DNA of 39,041 nucleotides from the IMG/VR virus record IMGVR_UViG_3300016476_000446, positions 1-39,041 of that record, one strand, 5' to 3'. This stretch comes from a virus. Lineage: Duplodnaviria; Caudoviricetes. Of the stretch, positions 15,490-23,933 are shown piece by piece. The notes below the pieces were generated by a model. It saw only the letters and a program-made list of their open reading frames with translations. It was not told where the DNA came from and searched no databases. Numbering within the stretch: position 1 is the stretch's first letter; every line of letters starts with the position of its first letter. Both the position numbers and the translations under genes were made by a program.

Positions 15490-15766
15490 ACAAGACATAG
15501 ATACTATGTTAAAGTTTAGGAACTTTCCACACAATACATGCCCTGCATCAAGACATGTACAAATGATAGCGGAAAGTTTAAACGAGATCAAGGATTATCC
15601 TTTACTCCGGGATGATCCCGAACACTGTGCAGGCAGTATTGCCAGTGTTGTTAGCAGTCTATACCAAACTAGAAGCTTTTTGCTGTCACTAGGGTATAGT
15701 TGGAGTACAAATGATGACGGCAGTATAGAATGGAAGAAAGATGCACAGGGGATAGATCCAGTGTAA
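15476..15766 (+). CDS. Hypothetical protein
   Basis: Start trimmed to ATG 15476 (MKTSRQD). Confidence 0.6.
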   Translation: MKTSRQDIDTMLKFRNFPHNTCPASRHVQMIAESLNEIKDYPLLRDDPEHCAGSIASVVSSLYQTRSFLLSLGYSWSTNDDGSIEWKKDAQGIDPV

Positions 15767-15785
15767 GGTAAAAGAGGAAAATATT

Positions 15786-16268
15786 ATGTTCACACAAAAG
15801 CAGATAGAAGAACTAGTAGATTTATTATCAGGGTTGAGCCATGAGACAAAAATTTATCTAGGATGCGACAGTGTTCGTTTTCGTAAAGACGGGCGTTGGT
15901 ACGCAAGATACGCCACAGTAGCTATAGTTCATATGAACGGCAAAAATGGTTGCAGAATTTTTAGCACAAGGTCTGTAGAACCAGATTACGATGTTAAAAA
16001 GTCAAGACCAAGTATGCGTCTAATGAATGAAGTTATTAAGGTGTGTGAACTATACACTCAACTTATACCGTTTATAGACGAATATGACGTTGAAATCCAT
16101 TTGGATGTTAACACGGACCCAATACACGGAAGCAACTGTGTTGCTAACCAAGCAGCTGGCTATGTGTTAGGCGTAACTGGTATAAACCCGAAGCTAAAAC
16201 CGGATGGGTTTGCTGCGAGTTACGGTGCGGATGGCGTTGCTCACGGAAGAGGGTACGTGGAAGCATAA
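15786..16268 (+). CDS. RNase H-like YkuK/DUF458 family protein
   Basis: IYLGCDS, RLMNEV, EIHLDVN and AASYGAD motifs. Confidence 0.85.
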   Translation: MFTQKQIEELVDLLSGLSHETKIYLGCDSVRFRKDGRWYARYATVAIVHMNGKNGCRIFSTRSVEPDYDVKKSRPSMRLMNEVIKVCELYTQLIPFIDEYDVEIHLDVNTDPIHGSNCVANQAAGYVLGVTGINPKLKPDGFAASYGADGVAHGRGYVEA

Positions 16269-16269
16269 C

Positions 16270-16301
16270 AAAAACCGGCTACATAACGTAGCCGGTTTTT
16301 T
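16270..16301 (+). terminator. Intrinsic terminator, possibly bidirectional
   Basis: AAAAACCGGCTAC-ATAAC-GTAGCCGGTTTTTT. Confidence 0.9.
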
Positions 16302-16302
16302 C

Positions 16303-16310
16303 AATAAATA
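16303..16310 (+). promoter_or_regulatory. T4-late-like promoter box
   Basis: AATAAATA, 4 nt before ATG 16315. Confidence 0.6.
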
Positions 16311-16314
16311 TCAT

Positions 16315-16962
16315 ATGAGATTGATATTTGGTATTTTAGTTTTTTTATTAGTTGTATTGTTTGCAAATCAGTCAGTTTCTGAACCACTGGTGGTGAATAG
16401 AGATTACGTTATAACAAAAATTGACGACAATACCATAAAGTTTAGTGGTAGTTTTGTAGAGCAAGCCGGCTTAATGTTGGTTATGTCTGCTACTTCAATG
16501 GATACAAAGACTTTAATAATATCTAGCCCCGGCGGCTTAATGAGCGAAGCTGCAATGGTGGGGCTATACCTAGCTGATGCAAATGTTCGTGTTATCATTG
16601 AAAAAGACACTATGTGCGTCAGTGCTTGCGCATATGCAATTATGAAAGCACCTGATGTTGACATACGGGGAAAGGTAGTTTTTCATCCACCTTATTATCC
16701 GTATGTTCCAACAGAAGAAACACTGTATAGTGTTTTGCATAGTTCAAGTATGATGAATTTAGAACTTGTTTCCTGGTTCATCGAGTCTGGTTATACTTTG
16801 GAATTTTTAAAGTTAATACATGAGACAACTGATAATCAAACATTCATGGTCTTTGACAACTTTGAATCACTAAAAAAGTTCAAATCTGATGATATATCAT
16901 ACTTGCCAGATAATTTTACAGAATACTACACATTAATGACAGGTGACGAGCTGTTTAAATAA
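16315..16962 (+). CDS. Exported ClpP/crotonase-fold putative protease
   Basis: Signal-like MRLIFGILVFLLVVLFA; ISSPGG, CVSACAY and VFHPP motifs; start trimmed from 16204. Confidence 0.7.
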   Translation: MRLIFGILVFLLVVLFANQSVSEPLVVNRDYVITKIDDNTIKFSGSFVEQAGLMLVMSATSMDTKTLIISSPGGLMSEAAMVGLYLADANVRVIIEKDTMCVSACAYAIMKAPDVDIRGKVVFHPPYYPYVPTEETLYSVLHSSSMMNLELVSWFIESGYTLEFLKLIHETTDNQTFMVFDNFESLKKFKSDDISYLPDNFTEYYTLMTGDELFK

Positions 16963-16965
16963 CGC

Positions 16966-16995
16966 TTGACATACAACATAGTCAGCGTATATAAT
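16966..16995 (+). promoter_or_regulatory. Sigma70-type promoter
   Basis: TTGACA-18 nt-TATAAT; ATG 17002 lies 6 nt downstream. Confidence 0.6.
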
Positions 16996-17001
16996 CTATG
17001 C

Positions 17002-17244
17002 ATGTTAGTAGAAATAGGTTCTATCCCAGTATCAACGTCTGCGCTTGTCTTTCAAGAACAAGCCAACACTGAACTTCTCATGAAGTTTGTTATGAGTAAA
17101 ATGAATGAAAATCAAAGAGCATTCATTAATGAAAATAACGTTTATGTGCAGGTTCGTGAAGATCCTGCTGCAATAGGGCATAGAGCTTATTTTTTCTTAG
17201 ATGACCGAAACACAAACATTACTATAGGGATGATGCTATTTTGA
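17002..17244 (+). CDS. Hypothetical protein
   Basis: Start trimmed to the ATG after the promoter. Confidence 0.6.
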   Translation: MLVEIGSIPVSTSALVFQEQANTELLMKFVMSKMNENQRAFINENNVYVQVREDPAAIGHRAYFFLDDRNTNITIGMMLF

Positions 17245-18575
17245 CTAGAACGCAACCGGATTTTATTATTCGTCGACTACAGGAACATAACAGCAGACTG
17301 GACAAAGAAGCTATCGTTGCGGATGCTGTAAAAGAAGGATTAGATGAATTCTTCCAGGGCGTCAAAATGGCGCTGGACCCTCTGTGTACTTTTGGTGTTA
17401 AGCAAGTACCTATTAAAGAAGACACCGAAACTGCTCAGGGGCTTCCCTGGAATGTGTTCCTTAAACTAGCGGAAGATTTACAAAGTAGATCTCTAACTGG
17501 AAATGCTGCCCGTGATGCTATTAAGTTGGCAATGGATGTGGCTACTACACGGCAATGGAATGACTGGTATCGTCGTATTCTTATTAAAGACTTGCGTTGC
17601 GGTGTGAGTGAAAAAACAGTCAACAAGGTATGCAAAAAGCATCCAGCATATCAAGTTCCTGTTTTCGAATGTCAGCTTGCCCATGACAGTGCAAACCACG
17701 AAGGCAAGATGACTGGTAAAAAGCAAATCGAGATAAAACTTGATGGAGTTAGGGTCTTGACTGTTGTAAAACCAGACGGTACTGTTGAGATGTTTAGCCG
17801 AAATGGTAAACAACTTCACAACTTTGAACATATTTGTAACCAAATTGCGGAAGTCTTAAAACGTACTCCTGCACCATACGGTCTTGTACTGGATGGTGAA
17901 GTTATGAGCGCAAGTTTCCAAGATTTGATGAAACAACTCTATAGAAAAGAAGATGTTGAATCAAATGATGCTGTGCTTTATCTTTTTGACATGTGCCCGC
18001 TTGTAAACTTCACTGAAGGTCAATGGAGTTTTAGCCAATCTGTAAGAAGTCAGATGATACATGCATGGGTCGATGCAAATGTTGACATTCTTAAAAATGT
18101 GCGTAAACTAGAATACGAAACTGTTGACTTGAGTTCCGTGGATGGCAAGCGTAGATTTATGGAGATTAACCGCAAAGCTATTGAAGGCGGATACGAGGGC
18201 GTTATGATCAAGGATCCTGATGCATCGTATGAGTGCAAGAGATCAACTAGCTGGCTTAAACTTAAACCATTCATTGAAGTTACATTGGAGGTAATTGGCC
18301 TTGAAGAAGGAACCGGAAAAAATGCAGGAAGACTCGGGGCTCTGGTATGCGCTGGGGAAGATGACGGGAAGAATATTGTCGTCAATGTCGGCAGTGGGTT
18401 CACCGACGAACAGCGCGATGCTTTTTGGGCTGCAACTGGTAACGATAATAGTGTTGTTGGATCTCTTGTTGAAGTTAGGGCTGATGCAGTAACGCAGAAC
18501 CAGGATGGCAGTTACAGTCTGCGTTTTCCACGTTTTAAAACATTCCGTGGATTTGCTAAAGGTGAAAAACTATGA
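17241..18575 (+). CDS. ATP-dependent DNA ligase
   Basis: EIKLDGVR (KxDG), LDGE, FD, YEGVMIK, WLKLK, VGSGF and SLRFPRF motifs. Confidence 0.97.
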   Translation: MTRTQPDFIIRRLQEHNSRLDKEAIVADAVKEGLDEFFQGVKMALDPLCTFGVKQVPIKEDTETAQGLPWNVFLKLAEDLQSRSLTGNAARDAIKLAMDVATTRQWNDWYRRILIKDLRCGVSEKTVNKVCKKHPAYQVPVFECQLAHDSANHEGKMTGKKQIEIKLDGVRVLTVVKPDGTVEMFSRNGKQLHNFEHICNQIAEVLKRTPAPYGLVLDGEVMSASFQDLMKQLYRKEDVESNDAVLYLFDMCPLVNFTEGQWSFSQSVRSQMIHAWVDANVDILKNVRKLEYETVDLSSVDGKRRFMEINRKAIEGGYEGVMIKDPDASYECKRSTSWLKLKPFIEVTLEVIGLEEGTGKNAGRLGALVCAGEDDGKNIVVNVGSGFTDEQRDAFWAATGNDNSVVGSLVEVRADAVTQNQDGSYSLRFPRFKTFRGFAKGEKL

Positions 18576-18913
18576 GTTCTAAAACATGTGTCGATACTTT
18601 AATAAAATGGACCACTGAAAATTATGACAGTCTTCCTAAAGGAGATTGGAATTTTGTTGGTGAAAAAAGACTTACAGTTTTAAAAAACGGCCACACTAGA
18701 ACTAGTAATTGGAAACGACGAGCAATTAAAAAAGACTCCACCCGTGTCTACAGATTGTTTGAATGCAATGAATGTATGTTTACGTCAGGTTTAATGTTTC
18801 TCGTTGTAGAAGATAATGCTGACATTAACTATACTCACGTTATGGCTGGTACTAGAGAAGAATTTAAACACCATTTTAACAAAGTTGGTTGGGGTTGGGG
18901 GGATTGGGATTAA
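18572..18913 (+). CDS. Hypothetical protein
   Basis: ATGA overlap. Confidence 0.65.
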   Translation: MSSKTCVDTLIKWTTENYDSLPKGDWNFVGEKRLTVLKNGHTRTSNWKRRAIKKDSTRVYRLFECNECMFTSGLMFLVVEDNADINYTHVMAGTREEFKHHFNKVGWGWGDWD

Positions 18914-19026
18914 TGAGAACTATTTACAAAAGTAAAATTATACGTAGAAATCGAACGCTTGCATCTTTTATAGAACGGCAAGATGAAAAACTAAAAAAAG
19001 AATTTGAATCGGATAACACGAAATGA
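18913..19026 (+). CDS. Micro-ORF (37 aa)
   Basis: Coupled at both ends (TAATG and ATGA). Confidence 0.45.
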   Translation: MRTIYKSKIIRRNRTLASFIERQDEKLKKEFESDNTK

Positions 19027-19265
19027 ACCAAAGAATTAAAGAACTTGCTAAACAAGCAGGACTTATGCAAACTAAATGGGCAGATGCAGAAACTGGTAGA
19101 GAACCTGTTCGTATTTGGCAGGAGTCACTCAACAATCCTGGATCATTGGAAAAGTTTGCAGAGTTGATTGTAAAAGAATGTAATGCAGTCATCAATGACG
19201 GTTCTAATCCGTCAATATTTTATCAACGTCAAATTTTAAAACGGTTTGGAATCGAAAATGACTAA
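19023..19265 (+). CDS. Small phage protein, MNxRIKEL...FAELIVKEC family
   Basis: Paralogue of the next ORF. Confidence 0.75.
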   Translation: MNQRIKELAKQAGLMQTKWADAETGREPVRIWQESLNNPGSLEKFAELIVKECNAVINDGSNPSIFYQRQILKRFGIEND

Positions 19266-19437
19266 CCGCATCGAAGCTATTGCTGAAAAATGCCGCAACG
19301 AAAATTGGGAACGTGCAGATCTTGATTATGTGCAGTTTGCAAAAATGATCATTAAAGAGTGTGCAGACGTTGCCGACGACAATTACGATAAAGGCTTTTG
19401 TCCGGTTGGCGGATTCATTTTAGATCATTTCAAATGA
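19258..19437 (+). CDS. Small phage protein, same family
   Basis: MTNRIEAIA...FAKMIIKEC...ILDHFK. Confidence 0.7.
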   Translation: MTNRIEAIAEKCRNENWERADLDYVQFAKMIIKECADVADDNYDKGFCPVGGFILDHFK

Positions 19438-19452
19438 GAAAATGCATAAGAA

Positions 19453-19683
19453 ATGTCATCAACTGATAAAGAAAACACTATACGAATACTAAAGGGGCAA
19501 AACCCCATACAAAAGTATAGATGCCGGTTGGGGTTTCATAGGTGGACTTCTTGGGAGTATCAACCACCGAGCTCAACACGGGCATTCGACGGTATGGTTG
19601 AACTTGTAAGGTGCCATTGTGCAGACTGTGGGTTGGTAAGGGTTGAGCGACCATACAGTAAATCTTTGAAATACAAGGGTTGA
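19453..19683 (+). CDS. Small Zn-binding protein
   Basis: CRLGFHRWT...CADCG. Confidence 0.7.
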   Translation: MSSTDKENTIRILKGQNPIQKYRCRLGFHRWTSWEYQPPSSTRAFDGMVELVRCHCADCGLVRVERPYSKSLKYKG

Positions 19684-19684
19684 T

Positions 19685-19891
19685 ATGGGGTTAGGACCAC
19701 CAGTTTGTGAAAAATGCCTAGTTCTATACGAGTACAAGCACTCGTATGGGTGGGAATGTCCGTTTTGTAAAATAAACAGCCTTGAGCACCTTAACGCATG
19801 GAGTTGTGGGTTGAGTGAAGAACAACTTGAAGCAAATAAGAGATTGCAAACATTTTTAAGATCGGTAGAAACACATGCACAACGAACATGA
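19685..19891 (+). CDS. Small Zn-ribbon protein
   Basis: CEKC...CPFC. Confidence 0.7.
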   Translation: MGLGPPVCEKCLVLYEYKHSYGWECPFCKINSLEHLNAWSCGLSEEQLEANKRLQTFLRSVETHAQRT

Positions 19892-20270
19892 CGGATACCC
19901 AAGAGGTAAAAGTATTTTAGAAAAGCAATATCGTGCTAGTCTTGACAGATCTAGACGTAAGTACTATACTGAAATTCAAGAATATGGATTCCTTGGTGGG
20001 ATCAACACCCCTATTGAAACCAAGACTGAATTTGGATACGAGATAACTCTTTCCGAGAGAGATTTTTTAAATCTCTGTGATGATATTTGTAAGTTAGAGA
20101 ATTTGCGACAACTTGAAAGACGCATAGACGAGCAATACAACCGTATGTTAAGTGACAGCCGTGCCGAACAACGTTTACGTGAAGCTAATCCCAGTCTTCA
20201 AAAAGCATATGAGAAATATAAACTCATGCTAGATATGGTATCAGGGAGGCAAGATGGGAAGAGTAGTTGA
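19875..20270 (+). CDS. Hypothetical phage protein
   Basis: LREANPSLQKAYEKYKLML C-terminus. Confidence 0.7.
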   Translation: MHNEHDGYPRGKSILEKQYRASLDRSRRKYYTEIQEYGFLGGINTPIETKTEFGYEITLSERDFLNLCDDICKLENLRQLERRIDEQYNRMLSDSRAEQRLREANPSLQKAYEKYKLMLDMVSGRQDGKSS

Positions 20271-20514
20271 ACATATACACTATAGTCCGTTTAGAAGTGA
20301 TATTCGTGGTACAGACTATGAAATTATTAATGAATGGTCTAAATCTGACAAAGCGCAATACTTAATTCAAAATGGTGAATACGTTCGTCATGAAAGAATT
20401 AAAGTTATAACGGAATATGGCTATGACGATTGTATAGTTATATCATTTGATATTCCAGACAAACTGGAAACAGCATATTATTTAAAGTTTAAAAAAGATG
20501 GCAGTAGCAGTTAA
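20254..20514 (+). CDS. Hypothetical protein, possible degenerate LRW-family member
   Basis: GGAGG SD; NEWSKS...FDIPDKLETAYYLKF. Confidence 0.65.
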   Translation: MGRVVEHIHYSPFRSDIRGTDYEIINEWSKSDKAQYLIQNGEYVRHERIKVITEYGYDDCIVISFDIPDKLETAYYLKFKKDGSSS

Positions 20515-21691
20515 ACAAAGAACCCCAAGAGCTAAGAAAAAAGTACCAAGAGTTGCTAGACGACTCACTGGGTTTGCAGCAATGCCCAGGGACGACCTGA
20601 ACAAAGCAAAGCATTATGTTCAATATGAAATTGAAAATCGAGAATATTCAAAAGTATTAAAGGACTATATAAAGAAGTTCTTTAGTAAAGCTGACTACAC
20701 TGCGGCTATGTTACTTCCTGAATGGAAGTTTACGTATGCAAGTCATTGGGCAACTTTTGCATTTTGGATGACTGAGGGCCTTGAACTAGAACCCTATGCT
20801 AAAGCAGCACTTGAAAAGTACTGTGCTGGCTTAGTAGAGGAAGGCAAGGTTGTTCAAGAAAAGAAAAAAACTGAAGAAAAAACAAAAACAGCCAGTCCCA
20901 TAATGACTATCCAGGATCGTATTATGGAAAAGTCACAGGAAGTTGTGGAAGATATAGATGAATGGTTAGAAGGTCTTATACGAGACCCTGATACTTTTGA
21001 TCCCAAGGGATTTGATTTTACTGCACACTTTACTAAACATGAAGTAACACAGGCTCATGCTAGAAAGATTGCTTCATTCTACCAAGGTGAATTTGAAGAA
21101 GCAAACTTGGTAGTAAACATGCCCACTGCTGCACAAGTTGCAAAGATTAAAGATGCCCGTGAGCGTGATTTAGCAGAGCAGCTACGAGAAGGCTACGCAC
21201 ACATGACGAAGAAGCGAGCACAGACGTGGCTGGAAGCCCTTACTGCCCTTCTCGCAGCCTGCGAACACCTCGTAGACAAGAGTAAGGCTGTACGTAAACC
21301 CAGAGTTAAAAAGCCTGTTAGCAAAGAAAAAGTAGTTGCAAAGGTAAAGTATTGTGCAAGTGACGACAAGTTCAAAGTTGTAAGTGTCAATCCTATCGAA
21401 ATACTTGACAGTACTGAGGTTTGGGTGTTTAACGTCAAAACCCGAAAATTAGGTAGATACTTGGCAGCAACGGATGTGTCAACACTGGGCATTAAAGGTT
21501 CTGCTATACTTGGATTTGATGAAACGACAAGTATACAAAAGACTCTCAGAAAGCCAGAAGAGACTCTTAAAGAGTTTAAAACGGCTAGTAAGGTTAAGCT
21601 TCGTAAGTTTCTTGACGAAATAAAGACGACTGACACAAAACTCAATGGTAGGCTTAACGAAGACACTGTTATTCTTAAAGTGATGCGTTAA
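20498..21691 (+). CDS. Hypothetical protein of T4-like phages (basic, 397 aa)
   Basis: TIQDRI, VWVFNVKTRKLG, KTLRKP and LNGRLNEDTVILKV segments. Confidence 0.8.
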   Translation: MAVAVKQRTPRAKKKVPRVARRLTGFAAMPRDDLNKAKHYVQYEIENREYSKVLKDYIKKFFSKADYTAAMLLPEWKFTYASHWATFAFWMTEGLELEPYAKAALEKYCAGLVEEGKVVQEKKKTEEKTKTASPIMTIQDRIMEKSQEVVEDIDEWLEGLIRDPDTFDPKGFDFTAHFTKHEVTQAHARKIASFYQGEFEEANLVVNMPTAAQVAKIKDARERDLAEQLREGYAHMTKKRAQTWLEALTALLAACEHLVDKSKAVRKPRVKKPVSKEKVVAKVKYCASDDKFKVVSVNPIEILDSTEVWVFNVKTRKLGRYLAATDVSTLGIKGSAILGFDETTSIQKTLRKPEETLKEFKTASKVKLRKFLDEIKTTDTKLNGRLNEDTVILKVMR

Positions 21692-21707
21692 AAAACACCG
21701 AATCCAT

Positions 21708-21715
21708 ATTAAATA
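21708..21715 (+). promoter_or_regulatory. T4-late-like promoter box
   Basis: ATTAAATA, 4 nt before ATG 21720. Confidence 0.5.
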
Positions 21716-21719
21716 CTAT

Positions 21720-22052
21720 ATGGACGAAATAGAAAAAACAATAAAAACAATACCCGTTCATGTAAAACGATGGAATCTGTTTGCTTTGATTGCTCCGCCG
21801 ATATTTTTATCGGCGGGGACTTCCCTGCTCTTGTCCGACATAATAGAATTTGGTTCTTTATTTTGGGTAGGAGTGGGTCTCATGGCCGGAGTGTCTTTCC
21901 TGTGGTGGATATGGATTTTAAATACCATTTTCAAACTAGCAAGATACCTTTGGTCAACACATGCTGAGTTGACTAACGCTATAACTGAATTATCTGAACT
22001 AAGAAGAGACATAAATAAAAGTAAAAAAGAAACAGATGGCAAAGACCTTTAA
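21720..22052 (+). CDS. Late two-TM membrane protein
   Basis: Two hydrophobic segments and a charged C-terminal coil. Confidence 0.7.
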   Translation: MDEIEKTIKTIPVHVKRWNLFALIAPPIFLSAGTSLLLSDIIEFGSLFWVGVGLMAGVSFLWWIWILNTIFKLARYLWSTHAELTNAITELSELRRDINKSKKETDGKDL

Positions 22053-22386
22053 TTTACTTTCATATGTTATTTCAGGATTGTGTTTTTCGATAATAGTATC
22101 GATATGGATAGGGTATGTCAAATTTTTAGACCTAAACCCATCCGTCAACGTAGTTATGAATAATACTCCTGATAATAGTGCATATGGTGAAGTTGTCATA
22201 AACAACGAGCATTGTTATTTGGAAAACACTGTTTCTTGGCCAAGAAACAGTGTTTTCAGTAAAGACGGAAGACTTTTTTTCAATAATACCGAAGTTACAA
22301 CAATCCCCATCTTTGTAAATTACAAATGTGAATTTGTATTTTTTAAAAAATACGGCAATCAAATGATTTACGCATATAATAAATAA
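22036..22386 (+). CDS. Single-TM protein with probable periplasmic domain
   Basis: N-terminal hydrophobic helix; two Cys in the soluble part. Confidence 0.6.
   Translation: MAKTFNLLSYVISGLCFSIIVSIWIGYVKFLDLNPSVNVVMNNTPDNSAYGEVVINNEHCYLENTVSWPRNSVFSKDGRLFFNNTEVTTIPIFVNYKCEFVFFKKYGNQMIYAYNK
22222..22257. repeat. Perfect 36-bp palindrome
   Basis: GAAAACACTGTTTCTTGG followed by CCAAGAAACAGTGTTTTC, no loop. Confidence 0.95.
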
Positions 22387-22391
22387 AATAC

Positions 22392-22419
22392 TAGACAGAA
22401 ACCTAAAATATGTTATAGT
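22392..22419 (+). promoter_or_regulatory. Sigma70-type promoter for queD
   Basis: TAGACA-16 nt-TATAGT with TG before -10. Confidence 0.5.
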
Positions 22420-22425
22420 AAATGC

Positions 22426-22483
22426 AGTGGACTTAGTGTTCGTTCCCACTATAAACATTCCGCACACTCCAACTACTAGGAGT
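22426..22483 (+). promoter_or_regulatory. Candidate preQ1-I-like riboswitch / structured leader
   Basis: AGTGG/CCACT stem followed by ATAAAC; loop GTGTT can pair with AACAT; ACTCC/GGAGT hairpin covers the SD of queD. Confidence 0.45.
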
Positions 22484-22489
22484 TTTTAA

Positions 22490-22963
22490 ATGGTAAAAAA
22501 ATACGTTAGTACAAAAGAATACAAAGAAATTGGACCCGTTGCTTATCGCCAATGGCGAGCAGATAGTCATTGTAACTTAATACATGGGTATGCATTAAGC
22601 TTTAAATTTGAATTTGAAACAGACAACTTAGATGCCCGTAACTGGGCCATGGACTACGGTGGTCTAAAACCACTCAAGGCATTGTTAGAAGAATGGTTTG
22701 ATCATACACTGTTGGTTGCAGTAGACGACCCAAAGCGTGATGAACTAATGAAACTAGGCACTCTTGGGTTAGCAAAAATAACAGAAGTTGAAAAAACTGG
22801 TTGTGAAGGTATTGCAGACTTTCTTTATGAATACATCAATACTATTTTCTTAAAAGATTATGGTGAAGCTGACCGACTTTGGTGTAGCAGAGTTGAAGTT
22901 CGCGAAACTGGAGCCAACATGGCATATCGTCAAGGACATCGTGAAGACGGTGAGTTTAAATAA
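22490..22963 (+). CDS. queD: 6-carboxytetrahydropterin synthase (QueD/PTPS family)
   Basis: HCNLIHGY, MDYGGLK, FDHTLL, GCEGIA and VEVRET motifs. Confidence 0.9.
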   Translation: MVKKYVSTKEYKEIGPVAYRQWRADSHCNLIHGYALSFKFEFETDNLDARNWAMDYGGLKPLKALLEEWFDHTLLVAVDDPKRDELMKLGTLGLAKITEVEKTGCEGIADFLYEYINTIFLKDYGEADRLWCSRVEVRETGANMAYRQGHREDGEFK

Positions 22964-23651
22964 TAGGTATGTTTTCTGCCTCAAATGGGGTGACAAATAC
23001 AGTTCAGATTACGTAAATCGATTGTATAATATGGTGGAGGAAAACCTTTCTCCACCATATACATTTGTATGTTTGACTGAAAACACCAATGGGTTAAACA
23101 ACAATATACAGGTAATGGACCTACCCAACTTGCAAACATCTGGGTGGTGGTATAAGCTATCTATGTTTAACGACTTAGGTATTTCCGGAACCGCATTATT
23201 CATGGACCTTGACGTAGTCATATATAGAAACATTGATAAATTTTTTGAATTTTCACCAGGTGATTTTTGTATCATACGGGATTTTAACAGATGCAACATA
23301 CCCAAAATTCAAAAAATGAACAGTAGTGTTTTTAGGTTGGAATTAAATTCATTACAACACGTTTATAGAAATTATGTGTCAGCTACCCAAGTATACAATA
23401 AAAGATTCAGGGGTGACCAAGAGTTCATTGAAAATCAAGTAAAAAACTTTTCCTATTGGCCAGATAGCTGGGCATTAAGTTACAAATGGGAAATGCATAA
23501 CAGACATTCAGTAAAATTTGATGGGAAATTATACAAGTTTACTGACAGATTAGATCCATTGGATACTGATGAAACAAGTATAGCAGTATTTCATGGAACT
23601 CCCAATCCACACGAATGCACTGACCCTTGGGTCATTCAACATTGGCGTTGA
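22941..23651 (+). CDS. Glycosyltransferase (GT-A fold)
   Basis: CLKWGDKYSSDYVNRL, WWYKL, DLD (DxD), NSSV, GDQ and VFHGTPNPH motifs; GTG start inferred from AAGGA SD. Confidence 0.8.
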   Translation: MKTVSLNNRYVFCLKWGDKYSSDYVNRLYNMVEENLSPPYTFVCLTENTNGLNNNIQVMDLPNLQTSGWWYKLSMFNDLGISGTALFMDLDVVIYRNIDKFFEFSPGDFCIIRDFNRCNIPKIQKMNSSVFRLELNSLQHVYRNYVSATQVYNKRFRGDQEFIENQVKNFSYWPDSWALSYKWEMHNRHSVKFDGKLYKFTDRLDPLDTDETSIAVFHGTPNPHECTDPWVIQHWR

Positions 23652-23676
23652 CACACTTTACAAAATGCTCTATGTT
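23648..23676 (+). promoter_or_regulatory. Sigma70-type promoter
   Basis: TTGACA-17 nt-TATGTT. Confidence 0.65.
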
Positions 23677-23714
23677 GTAAGCTAATACACTAGTCTACTC
23701 CGAGGAAGTAGAGG

Positions 23715-23933
23715 ATGACACCCAAGCAGAAACGAACTGAAATCAAACGTATACTATCTAAATTAGAGGATGATAATCGCATGATATTTAAACGCATGTA
23801 TTCTCACAACAATTTGGATAAAGACATCAACTTAGTAGTTGACGCAATGCCTGCTAAAAAATTAGACTGGGCACTGCAACAGTGTAAGAATACATATTAT
23901 AGAATATTCAAAATTTTGGCAGGCAAGGAATGA
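23715..23933 (+). CDS. Hypothetical protein
   Basis: FKRMYS...KLDWALQQ segment. Confidence 0.7.
   Translation: MTPKQKRTEIKRILSKLEDDNRMIFKRMYSHNNLDKDINLVVDAMPAKKLDWALQQCKNTYYRIFKILAGKE

Noticed and set aside
16204-16314. N-terminal extension of the ClpP-like ORF given in the track
   Set aside because: It runs through the upstream gene and a terminator; ATG 16315 gives a clean signal-like start. Several other starts were trimmed for the same kind of reason.
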